From Calditrichaceae bacterium (GTDB lineage Bacteria; Calditrichota; Calditrichia; Calditrichales; JBFXGD01), in the NCBI GenBank assembly GCA_050178385.1, contig JBFXGD010000040.1, positions 1 through 24,245 on the forward strand: a stretch of DNA of 24,245 nucleotides, read 5' to 3'. This document shows positions 1 through 8,711 of this stretch, piece by piece. The first letter of the stretch is position 1, and each line of letters starts with the position of its first letter. The position numbers and the translations under genes were made by a program. Below the pieces are notes generated by a model. The model did not search any database, was not told where the DNA came from, and saw only the letters and a program-made list of their open reading frames with translations.

Positions 1-17
1 CGACGCTCTTCCGATCT
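1..17. other. Illumina TruSeq adapter remnant (assembly artefact)
   Basis: CGACGCTCTTCCGATCT matches the 3' end of the Illumina read-1 primer. The reverse complement AGATCGGAAGAGCGTCG is the classic adapter read-through. It lies at the very start of the window. Confidence 0.95.
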
Positions 18-1408
18 GAAATCTGGAAATCATTCTGCAGATAATATCCATTGATTTCATAGATACTAGTACCTTTATCCGTCATATCTGTTTTAACGCC
101 AAATTCGTCAAGATCAAATGTTTCTGAATCACCATTTTCCCGCTCGGCAGTGATCCCGCCGATAATAGAATTCCTTTTCCCAAGGATAAAAAATGACCGC
201 TGCAGCCTTATTTCTCCACCAAAAAGATTAATGTCATCTTCGCTGGTAAATGTGTCGTTGTAACCACCCTCATTCTTACTATTTCTAAAAAAGAGATTGG
301 TATTCAGGTCAAAGCCCGATTCAAAATGCTTTTTGTGTGTGATCCCCATCCTGAACATTTCCTTTTTGCTTCCCGCGAACTTGCTGCTGCTTTCGATTGT
401 GCGCGTTTCAAACTCATCCTTACTCAGAGGTCCGGGAAAATCTGTATCACTCTGTATATAGTCCAACGACAGCATCATATTCCCAAATCGCTCGTAATCC
501 GCCTGGAGCTTTGCGGCAAATTTATCCGCGTTATAGGAATTTCTGTCTCTGTAACCGTTTGTGGAATGATCCGACGCGCTGAGATATACACCGTATTGGC
601 CTAATTTACCGCCGGCGCTCATGGTAAATTTTCTCAAATCATAGGCGCCGAATGATGATTCGATTTTGCTTTCAAATTTTTCCGGGGCCTTTTTTGTAAC
701 GATATTAATAACTCCCGTAATACCATTAGGACCGTATAATGCTGATACCGGACCTTTAAGTACTTCTATTTTTTCGATATTTCCGAGATCAATCCCTTCA
801 AAATCAACCCGGCCCATCGCTTCATTAATGGATATTCCATCGACCAGAACCAAAATTCCTCTTGTCACATGAGAATGCAGTCCCACCCCGCGAAAACTCA
901 CCACATTATATTCTGAATGAAATCGGTCTTCAGTAAAAACTCCCGGAATTTTTTGCAGCATCGTCTCCACATTTCTCATCTCAGCCTGTTTTATATCATC
1001 CATTGAGACCAGATACACCGAAGCCGGAATATCCTTTATTTCTTTTTCCATTTTTGTGGCCGTAACAACGACTCTGCCTTCCGATTCATATATGGTTGGG
1101 CTAAGACTAAAATTGATGGTTGTAGTTTCACCGGCTACCACCCGGATATTTTTTTTTGTCACTTTTTCATAACCGATCAACAATGCCTCTACGGTATAGA
1201 CACCTGGCTTGACATTGCGAATTTCATAGTTGCCTGCATAGTCGCTTACATCACCTAAATATTCGCCTTCGATATATATTTGAGCTTCCTGTAATACTGT
1301 TTTTGTCACGATGTCATTCACATTCCCCATAATGACACCGGATTCCTGAGCAAAAACCATATTTGCAAAGAAAAACAGTGACAAACCTAAAAATGTGAAA
1401 TATTTCAT
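18..1408 (-). CDS. TonB-dependent outer-membrane receptor with N-terminal carboxypeptidase-regulatory-like domain (3'-truncated at window edge)
   Basis: Not in the ORF track because there is no stop codon. Manual translation from ATG 1408 (SD AGGAGAG at 1414-1420) gives MKYFTFLGLSLFFFANMVFAQESGVIMGNV (signal peptide), GNYEIRNVKPGVYTVEALLIGY (CarboxypepD_reg-like), VVVTATK, and plug motifs LVLVDGI and IEKIEVLKGPVSALYGPNGITGVINIVTKK. The frame stays open with beta-strand-like sequence to the edge. Confidence 0.93.
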
Positions 1409-1491
1409 TTAAACTCTCCTAGTTCTAATGATCATTATTAATTTTTAATCAAATGCGTCTTGCTAAGAGCTAATTCACTATAACATGAGAG

Positions 1492-1977
1492 TTATTTCTG
1501 TTTGTTCTTTTCCGCCATACGCTCCATTCTGATCGCAGTGGCTGTCTTTATCATTTCTAAACCGGTTAGATATGTACCGCCGTAATGCGCGATAAACAAT
1601 TCTGCATTTTCACTGCTTATGAAAGCAAATGCCGGCATCATCGCGTAAGCCGGGAGAATGTTGCTGCCAACCACAAAACAGGCATCATTAATTTCGATCA
1701 GGGCGCCGGTGTAAAAATCTTTTACTTTGGCGGAACTGTACTTATTTTTGTCCATTAATACTGTCGCGCAGCCCATAGCACAGGCATGTGTCACGGAATT
1801 CGCTACATCTGACAACTCGACCCGTGTCCACATTTTTTCATAAACATCCATTCCGCAGATCGGGCAGGAGCCGATTTTATCACCCAGATCCGGCTTTAGA
1901 ATCGCGCCGGCATTTTGTGAATACCCGATGGCAGTTAATAAAAAAATACAAACTATCATTGATTTTAATGATTTCAT
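1492..1977 (-). CDS. nosL: NosL-family copper chaperone-like exported protein (divergent paralogue)
   Basis: Signal peptide; CPICGM (CxxCxM); HACAMGCA; VKDFYTG..I....A.FVVGS; F...YGG, all resembling the NosL pattern. SD GGTGGAG upstream. Confidence 0.75.
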   Translation of the reverse strand: MKSLKSMIVCIFLLTAIGYSQNAGAILKPDLGDKIGSCPICGMDVYEKMWTRVELSDVANSVTHACAMGCATVLMDKNKYSSAKVKDFYTGALIEINDACFVVGSNILPAYAMMPAFAFISSENAELFIAHYGGTYLTGLEMIKTATAIRMERMAEKNKQK

Positions 1978-2020
1978 TTTAAGTCTCCACCCTTTTTAAT
2001 ACAGGTTAATTTTGGATGAA

Positions 2021-2506
2021 TCACATTTCCTGTCCAACAGACAGTCTCATCAGTAAATCCCATGTGACTTCGTTAAATTTTATAATTTTACCGCCCTGAT
2101 GATCTTCCTTAAATTCCTCCGCATCCTTTTTTGATTTCAGAGGCACTAGTTCATTTCCCATCGGTCCAAGAATATCACTGTCAATGACAAAATATGCGCT
2201 GTCGGCCTGAACCCACTGCAATTCATAATATTCACGCACATATATCTTTACCGGTTTTTGATCCGCGGAACCTCCGTATTTTTCCGGATGCAGAAAATAT
2301 TTGAACATATCCTTTGGCCCGTCAAAAAACTTTATCGCACCGTCTTCATAAATCATTTCCGCGATCCATTTCGGATAGGGATGAACAAACATGGCGCAAA
2401 CCGGGCATCGATCCTTCTCACCGGGCATTTTTGGATTTTGACCGGCCGCTGCGGTAACGAAAACCGTAAGAAGAACCGACAGAATGATTATTTTGAATTT
2501 TATCAT
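2021..2506 (-). CDS. nosL: NosL-family copper chaperone (signal peptide, no lipobox)
   Basis: CPVCAMFV, FFDGPKDMF, IYVREYY, AYFVIDSDILGPMGNELVP, AEEFKEDHQG are NosL hallmarks. Confidence 0.88.
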   Translation of the reverse strand: MIKFKIIILSVLLTVFVTAAAGQNPKMPGEKDRCPVCAMFVHPYPKWIAEMIYEDGAIKFFDGPKDMFKYFLHPEKYGGSADQKPVKIYVREYYELQWVQADSAYFVIDSDILGPMGNELVPLKSKKDAEEFKEDHQGGKIIKFNEVTWDLLMRLSVGQEM

Positions 2507-2596
2507 TTACAAATACCCTTTAATTATTGTGTTCAACAGACAATCGCGATATTATTCAATTGCATCTTTCAGCCTCTTGTCTGACCGTTTTGACTT

Positions 2597-3091
2597 CTAA
2601 TCGGTTCGGTGTCCGATTCTGTCAAAAATATATTTTTGAGTAAGCCATCCGACATAAATTTCAAGTATCACTCCTTCGCCACTCAGAACAAATGTGGTAG
2701 GTATTCCCTTGATTTTATAGCGCTTCGCGGTTTTTGCGTACTCATCCACCAGCATTGGGAAGGTAACGTTAAATTCAGCCCGAAAATCATCCACATGATA
2801 TTTGCTTTGTCCAACATTTACGCAAAGAATCTCTGACTGCTCCTTCTCACCAAATTGCTCATACGCGTTCTGCATCACGGGAAATTCGGATCGGCATTCC
2901 GAACACCAGTCTCCCCAAAAATGAAGAAAGACCAGTTTTCCCCTAAAATCATTTAAGGACAGTTCCTTGCCATCCACATCATTTAGAATAAAATCGGGCG
3001 CCTGCTCACCAATTTCGGGCATTCTGTCACCGCATCCCATCATAAGCATGAGAATGAGGGTGATAATCCCCATCACTGAGATTTTTTTCAA
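2597..3091 (-). CDS. TlpA/ResA-like thiol-disulfide oxidoreductase lipoprotein
   Basis: APDFILNDVDGKELSLNDFRGKLVFLHFWGDWCSECRSE (CxxC) and cis-Pro motif GIPTT. Start moved from ATG 3142 to TTG 3091, which has SD GGAG at 3101-3104 and gives a lipoprotein signal MKKISVMGIITLILMLMMGC. Confidence 0.88.
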   Translation of the reverse strand: MKKISVMGIITLILMLMMGCGDRMPEIGEQAPDFILNDVDGKELSLNDFRGKLVFLHFWGDWCSECRSEFPVMQNAYEQFGEKEQSEILCVNVGQSKYHVDDFRAEFNVTFPMLVDEYAKTAKRYKIKGIPTTFVLSGEGVILEIYVGWLTQKYIFDRIGHRTD

Positions 3092-3173
3092 TTTCAGATA
3101 CTCCGGAAAAACTCCGTCTCGTAAGAACGGGATATCAATCATGTTTTTTTAATTAGAAGACTTAAAGGATTGG

Positions 3174-3551
3174 TTATTCGGGAGGATGATAAATATCTCT
3201 TTGCAAAACAGGGATACTTAAAAAATCATTTTTTGGTCTTATCAGGGTTTGCTTATCGGGGATTAAAAGCAAATTTTCCAAAAACATTAATTTCGCGGTT
3301 AAATCCATAACCACCGGAACAATCGAGTGCATGCGTGAAGCACAGTGGGTAAAACCGATCAGCCCCGCTTCTTCGTCACAAGTGCATTTCGATATATCGC
3401 CATTGCAACCGCAATTGCAATAATGCACCAAATGCGGAAGGGCTTCAGCCTCCCGGAACGCTTCCTGAATCACCGGTATGAGGGTCATATTAAAAATGAC
3501 CAGAAAGCTCATAAACAGTGCGATGATTTTTTGTCGATTGAACCGAGTCAT
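3174..3551 (-). CDS. Small Cys/His-rich membrane/exported protein ending in HPPE; candidate DUF2946/CruR/CutF-like metal-sensing leader peptide
   Basis: N-terminal hydrophobic helix, central HLVHYCNCGCNGDISKCTC...THCASRMH (6 Cys), C-terminal IYHPPE-stop. It starts 17 bp after nosY in the same orientation. The coding call is well supported; the function is inferred. Confidence 0.7.
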   Translation of the reverse strand: MTRFNRQKIIALFMSFLVIFNMTLIPVIQEAFREAEALPHLVHYCNCGCNGDISKCTCDEEAGLIGFTHCASRMHSIVPVVMDLTAKLMFLENLLLIPDKQTLIRPKNDFLSIPVLQRDIYHPPE

Positions 3552-3568
3552 TTTAAACCGTTTTTATA

Positions 3569-4402
3569 TTATAAATCTTTATTTGAGAATATTTTTACCG
3601 CTATCGCGAGCGGCAAACCGCCCCATGCCAGCAGTGCCGTGAACAATACCAGAAATCCGCTTCCTGTTCCACCCACAAACTTCAAAACTGCTCCTGCTGT
3701 AGGGCCGAACATGATCTTCCCACCCAGGACAAAAAGGGTTCCTACCCTCACGAGATCAACCGGATTTCCAAAAAGCATTCCGAAAAGAACATTACGGAGC
3801 ACATTACCTTCAAAACTGGATGCCAGCCACATGACAAGCAGATCATAAAGAATAACAAAAATAAACCAGACAAATAATCCTATGCTCAAAGCCTGGGTTC
3901 TCTTCATCGTGATCACACTGATTAGCGCGGAGATGCTTAAAAAGATCAGACCTAAAACAAGACTCAGTAGAACAAAGGCGATATAAGCTGTCAGATCACT
4001 CGCTCCCGCTCTCCATCCTATCACCATACCTGCGGCGCCAAAACCGATACCTGTAGAGATCACTATCGCCAGGAACAGACCAAAATACTTTCCCAGCAGA
4101 TTTTCTGAGCGAAGTACCGGCTGTGATATCTGAAGCTGTAAAGCTCCGGGCTCATCCGACGCAAAACTCATTGCTCCGAGAATAAGAGCAACCAACGGAA
4201 CAAGGTAAAGATTCAAATTTAATAAACTCGCCGTCGTGCGGATAAAATCCTGAAAACCGGTAAAGCCGGATATTTTTGTACCCGCAAAACTGATTGTCAG
4301 CGCGATTACGGCAAACACAACCGAAAAAATCATAACCCAACGGCTGCGGATTACTGATAGCAATTCCTGCATGGCGATTGAATTAATAATTTTAATATTC
4401 AT
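3569..4402 (-). CDS. nosY: NosY, ABC transporter permease for NosZ maturation
   Basis: Polytopic membrane protein: IAMQELLSVIRSRW, RTTASLLNLNLYLVPLVALILG, QPVLRSENLLGKY, NPVDLVR. Start overlaps the nosL stop and nosF is nearby. Confidence 0.92.
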   Translation of the reverse strand: MNIKIINSIAMQELLSVIRSRWVMIFSVVFAVIALTISFAGTKISGFTGFQDFIRTTASLLNLNLYLVPLVALILGAMSFASDEPGALQLQISQPVLRSENLLGKYFGLFLAIVISTGIGFGAAGMVIGWRAGASDLTAYIAFVLLSLVLGLIFLSISALISVITMKRTQALSIGLFVWFIFVILYDLLVMWLASSFEGNVLRNVLFGMLFGNPVDLVRVGTLFVLGGKIMFGPTAGAVLKFVGGTGSGFLVLFTALLAWGGLPLAIAVKIFSNKDL

Positions 4403-5162
4403 AAAATTCCTTTGTTTCTTCTGCCAGATGTGCTCCGGTTACCATGAGCCTGCCAATTATTTTATCTGACTTATTTTCAAAAATATCAAACCGGTCGCCT
4501 GGTTTATCAACTTTTAATCTATACATTCTTGACTCCCCGTATGGAATTTCCATTTGCACTTCAGGATAATTCCGGATGCTTATAGAAGCATCCTTATCTG
4601 TCCGGTTCGATATACGAATCTGAATGATCTGATTCAAAGCCGTTTCAAATACTTCCGGACTAAGTCCATTCTGCTTATATTCCGCGCGGAGATACTGATC
4701 CGGTTCCTGATACTCATCCCACATTTTATTCCAGGAGAGAATGTCAGATTCACCAATAGAATTTTTAAATTCCAGAGCTGTATTCGAATCGCTGTATGCT
4801 GTTACATTAAAATCCATTACGGGAGTGCGATAATTTCCTCTGACAAAAAGAGCGCTGTCTGCCGCAACCCAGGTTTTTGTGTCGTACGCGATGACATAGT
4901 ATTTTAGAATACTATTCTTTTCTTTTGCGCGTCCGCCTGAAAAATATTGGATCATGCAGATAGGGTGATCAAATTTTACAATTTCTCCGTTCTTCTTAAT
5001 TAATTCTGCGGCATACTCAAGATCCAGTATCTCCATCCGGCATGTTATGCAAATTTCACCCTTTTCCACCGGCACAGGTTTAGGCGCGTCATTTCCGCAA
5101 CCCATAAACAATGAAAATACAATCAATGATATCAGTGAACCGCTCCATTTTAGTTTTCTCAT
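4392..5162 (-). CDS. nosL: NosL lipoprotein with C-terminal cupredoxin-like extension
   Basis: Lipobox FMG-C; CITCRMEI; KFDHPICM; TPVM. An extra ~100 aa beta-rich C-terminal domain follows. ATGA overlap with the nosF stop. Confidence 0.88.
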   Translation of the reverse strand: MRKLKWSGSLISLIVFSLFMGCGNDAPKPVPVEKGEICITCRMEILDLEYAAELIKKNGEIVKFDHPICMIQYFSGGRAKEKNSILKYYVIAYDTKTWVAADSALFVRGNYRTPVMDFNVTAYSDSNTALEFKNSIGESDILSWNKMWDEYQEPDQYLRAEYKQNGLSPEVFETALNQIIQIRISNRTDKDASISIRNYPEVQMEIPYGESRMYRLKVDKPGDRFDIFENKSDKIIGRLMVTGAHLAEETKEFYEY

Positions 5163-6067
5163 TCCTTGGTGTTCTCCGAAAATATCCTGTTGTAAACATA
5201 TTCCAGTGTGGGATCTTCGGTCCAGAACCGTTCTATCTTAGCCCCTGCCTTTCGCAGAATTTCCAGCAAATTAGGACGTTTATCAGCTTCGACGACAACC
5301 CGGAAAACATCACCTTCGATTTCAACTTCTCTCGCTCCATTTGCAAGAAGCAGATCCTTGTATTCCGGCTGTGTATTAAGAAATACAATAATCATTCTGG
5401 CGTCAGCATCTGATGTTCTCTTTAATTCAAGCGCGTCTTTTACGGCAATCAGCCGGCCGTCCTTTAGAAGGGCAATCCTGTCCGCCAGTTGTTCCGCTTC
5501 GCTCAATAAGTGAGTGGCCATGACTATGGTGCTTTTTCTTGCTTTTATCTCTCTTACAAGTTCTTTAAATTTGGCGACACCCTGAAGATCAAGGTTTATG
5601 GTTGGTTCATCAAGTATATAAACGTTCGCCGGAGACAATTTCAATAATCCTAAACCAAGCCTCTGAACCATTCCCCCTGAATAAACCCCGACAAATTTTT
5701 CGGCTGAGCCGTTCAGATTGATATCTTTTAAAATTTCATTAATATGAGTCTGGGGTTGTTGTCTTATTTTCGAGTGATATAGAAGAATCTCTTTAGCCGT
5801 TAAATTATCCGGGAAGGACAGTCTCTGGGGCAAAAACATCATATTTTTTTTAACTTCCTTGGGATATTTCCAGACATCGGTGTCATTGACTAAAATCTGT
5901 CCGGTTGTGGGCTTGATGAGCCCGATGATCATTTTTAATAATGTCGATTTTCCGCTGCCGTTCGGACCCAGCAGAGCAAAGGTTTCTCCGGGTTTGATAT
6001 CAAGATTGACGTTATTTACTGCAAGTGTGTCTTTGAATTTTTTTGAAATATTTCTGATCTTTATCAT
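5159..6067 (-). CDS. nosF: NosF, ABC transporter ATP-binding protein
   Basis: Walker A GPNGSGKS, signature YSGGM, Walker B ILDEPT, H-loop ATH. Lies between nosD and nosL/nosY. Confidence 0.92.
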   Translation of the reverse strand: MIKIRNISKKFKDTLAVNNVNLDIKPGETFALLGPNGSGKSTLLKMIIGLIKPTTGQILVNDTDVWKYPKEVKKNMMFLPQRLSFPDNLTAKEILLYHSKIRQQPQTHINEILKDINLNGSAEKFVGVYSGGMVQRLGLGLLKLSPANVYILDEPTINLDLQGVAKFKELVREIKARKSTIVMATHLLSEAEQLADRIALLKDGRLIAVKDALELKRTSDADARMIIVFLNTQPEYKDLLLANGAREVEIEGDVFRVVVEADKRPNLLEILRKAGAKIERFWTEDPTLEYVYNRIFSENTKE

Positions 6068-6083
6068 AATCCGTCCGGGATAA

Positions 6084-7505
6084 TTAAATTTCTGAATTGA
6101 ACCATCTGTTTACCCGATATATCATAAGACCGGAGAATCCGAAAAGTAAAGACGAAAAAAGAAGCATCGGAAAAATCATTTTTTTCTCGTTCGGAGGCAT
6201 GACACGGGATAGCAGCCATTCCGGCATCTGTACCGGCTTCATCAGCGGATAATGGTCCGTATGTTTGACTTGTTCAATAAACGGCAGAATGTGTTCTGAA
6301 AACACCAGTGCCTGGGCAGCGGGACTATAAACATACAGACGGAAAAATGGATATTCACCCTGGAGATGATCAAAAATCCCCTGTACGCGATGCGGGATAT
6401 CACTTATTCCATCCGCGTCAAGATCGTATCCTTTAAAATTGCTCCAGTAATTTCCATGATTGTCTTTTTCCCATGTAACAGTTACTTCCCCGCCAACCGA
6501 AACCAGATTACTCAGATTATCCACAAAAGCGTTGTCATAAAAATTGGTCCCTTCAGAACTGAGATAATATTTAATCGCGACACCGCTCTGTGCAATCAGA
6601 TTGTTGCGAACCACATTTAAATGAGACATGTCAAGAAACATACCTGTCGTATTATTTACAATAAGATTATACTCAGAAAGTGAATGTCTTACATCTTTAT
6701 AGAGAACGCCATAAGCCCTGTAACCGACATTATGAGCGAAAACATTGTACCTGAACACAAGACCTCGTTCGGAGTACATCAGGGCCACACCCGCTACATT
6801 TTCAGTAAAATAGTTATGCTCGAACACATCATAATCCGAATACATGAAATGCAGGCCGTAACGGACATTTTTAATATGGCAATAGGTTATAAGGTTGCTA
6901 TCGGCAAAATCAAAATAAATACCATCACGAGCGCCATAGATATAAAGTGAATCAAGATGATTGTTTCGGGAGTCATGAAGATGGATGCCGTTTCCCCTGT
7001 CCTCTTCCGGTTCATTATCGCGCCCGTGTATTGTAGTATTGTTTATGGTATTATAATTTGCGCTGAACAGGTAGATTCCGAATAAATTATCTTCAAACAA
7101 ACAATCTTTAATAGTATTATAATGCGCTTTATAAATTTTCAGCCCGGCATTATCATGAATCCGCTGATGTCCGCCTCCTCTGATAATAAAGCCTTTGATT
7201 GTGCAGGAATCTGCATACAATTTAACCGCGTCCCCTGAATCTGTGGGAGCGGCAAGAATCGCCCCCTGCTCTCCAATCAAAATCAATTTTTTATCTATCT
7301 CAATATTGCCGTAGTATGTTCCCGGCTTTACTATGATAGTATCTCCCGGATGGGCAGCTTCGATAGCTAAATGAACTGAATTGAATTTTTGATCAGATTT
7401 CGAAACAAATATAGTGCCGGCCGTACTGGCGGGGGGAAGCGCCAGGACGATGGCGAAATTGAGAGCAACAGCCTTCCATAGACTCATTTTCATTACCGGC
7501 ACCAT
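6084..7505 (-). CDS. nosD: NosD, periplasmic beta-helix maturation protein, with C-terminal hydrophobic helix
   Basis: Signal peptide; RGNGIHL, RDGIY, RYGLHFMYS, GVALMYS, GNYWSNFKGYDLDADGISDIPH motifs and parallel beta-helix repeats. Confidence 0.95.
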   Translation of the reverse strand: MVPVMKMSLWKAVALNFAIVLALPPASTAGTIFVSKSDQKFNSVHLAIEAAHPGDTIIVKPGTYYGNIEIDKKLILIGEQGAILAAPTDSGDAVKLYADSCTIKGFIIRGGGHQRIHDNAGLKIYKAHYNTIKDCLFEDNLFGIYLFSANYNTINNTTIHGRDNEPEEDRGNGIHLHDSRNNHLDSLYIYGARDGIYFDFADSNLITYCHIKNVRYGLHFMYSDYDVFEHNYFTENVAGVALMYSERGLVFRYNVFAHNVGYRAYGVLYKDVRHSLSEYNLIVNNTTGMFLDMSHLNVVRNNLIAQSGVAIKYYLSSEGTNFYDNAFVDNLSNLVSVGGEVTVTWEKDNHGNYWSNFKGYDLDADGISDIPHRVQGIFDHLQGEYPFFRLYVYSPAAQALVFSEHILPFIEQVKHTDHYPLMKPVQMPEWLLSRVMPPNEKKMIFPMLLFSSLLFGFSGLMIYRVNRWFNSEI

Positions 7506-7575
7506 TTTTTTCCCATCATTTTAAAGAGATATGTTTCATGTTAGTTAAAGCACTCAACCAATAGAACCTGAAATC

Positions 7576-8007
7576 TTATTTCCGCCATGTTTCCTTATCG
7601 CCAAGATTCTGTTTTTGAGCAATCTGCCCTCTTACAGCGGCAACGCCAGCTTTTATCATCCATTGCAGCGCCTGATCAAGATCTTCCGTCATCTGATAAG
7701 TACAGACCTTCTTTTCATCCATTTCCTTCTTCACTCTCTCCATATATGCGAGCGCTTTATTCTCCCACATTTTAGCGTCTTTAAGCTCCTCAAATACGAG
7801 AGTATTCATTTTTCTGGACTCAACGTCCTTTATGACAGAGTCAACAATATTTTGTGTAGCTGTACATTCATTATACTTTGCTTCACACTCCTTCATATCA
7901 AATTTCTTATCCTTATACTGTGCCTGTACCGGCGCGACAAGAAAGATGCCGAGCAATAAAATCAGCACCATCCAGGCGGGATTATAAACTTTAATGCTGT
8001 TCATCAT
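7576..8007 (-). CDS. Hypothetical exported alpha-helical protein within the nos cluster
   Basis: The ATG directly follows the nosB stop (TAG-ATG). Sec signal ending VQA-Q; charged helical mature part with 3 Cys and several Met; no CxxCH. Confidence 0.8.
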   Translation of the reverse strand: MMNSIKVYNPAWMVLILLLGIFLVAPVQAQYKDKKFDMKECEAKYNECTATQNIVDSVIKDVESRKMNTLVFEELKDAKMWENKALAYMERVKKEMDEKKVCTYQMTEDLDQALQWMIKAGVAAVRGQIAQKQNLGDKETWRK

Positions 8008-8652
8008 CTACTCCTCTGATATTTTTTGTTTTCTGGAAAAGAATATTGCCGCAACCAGTAGAGCAGCCGCAATTCCCAAAAATACGGCTCCCGATCGCGG
8101 CATATTTGTCACTCCAAAATTTGCAATCTGCCTGAATCCAATTAATGGCGGGGTAAATCCCTCAATTTTCATGGCAGCCTGCGGGGATAAATCGTGCCCA
8201 TAATTATAGAGCCATACATAAAAACGGTAAAAACTGAAGCCCGCAAGGTAACTCAGGAGCACCACCAGATCTATGAGTCCCGACATACGTCCCATGATGA
8301 GCAGCCTTAATGCCAGCAGTGAAATAATACCGATTGCCAATGGCAGCCAGGTCAGCTCCGGAAAATCACTTTCCTGTATATGTTTCATACCGATGTAGTG
8401 ATTCAGAACATTTATTTCTTTCAAATGTCTGCCGTGATCTCCGCTCTCCAGTTTGTAGGAGTAAATATTCAGAACGAGTCCTTCCGGATAGAAATTCGAA
8501 TTAAGAGTCATTCTGTAGAGTGGAAAGGCGTAGGTCATCATCAGGCTGACAATCGCGATTAAAATCAAAAAACGGGATTTTACAGTCAGCGGAAGATCGG
8601 TGAACCGATTCAGCTTTTCCAAAAAATTTTCGATTCGATTTGAATTTTTCAT
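8008..8652 (-). CDS. nosB: NosB, clade II membrane protein
   Basis: YPEGL...INVLNHYIGM...FPEL and WLYNYGHDL...FTPPLIG..QIANF motifs; about 4 TM helices; directly follows nosZ. Start moved to ATG 8652 (SD AGGAGT at 8658-8663) from the track's 8694. Confidence 0.9.
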   Translation of the reverse strand: MKNSNRIENFLEKLNRFTDLPLTVKSRFLILIAIVSLMMTYAFPLYRMTLNSNFYPEGLVLNIYSYKLESGDHGRHLKEINVLNHYIGMKHIQESDFPELTWLPLAIGIISLLALRLLIMGRMSGLIDLVVLLSYLAGFSFYRFYVWLYNYGHDLSPQAAMKIEGFTPPLIGFRQIANFGVTNMPRSGAVFLGIAAALLVAAIFFSRKQKISEE

Positions 8653-8711
8653 TAGTAACTCCTTAAAAATGCCTTTACCGGGCTCCTCATGCAACTGATC
8701 AATATCCAGAT

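Noticed and set aside
18..1408. TonB receptor as a pseudogene
   Set aside because: The frame is open with no stop or frameshift up to the adapter, so the truncation is due to the contig end.
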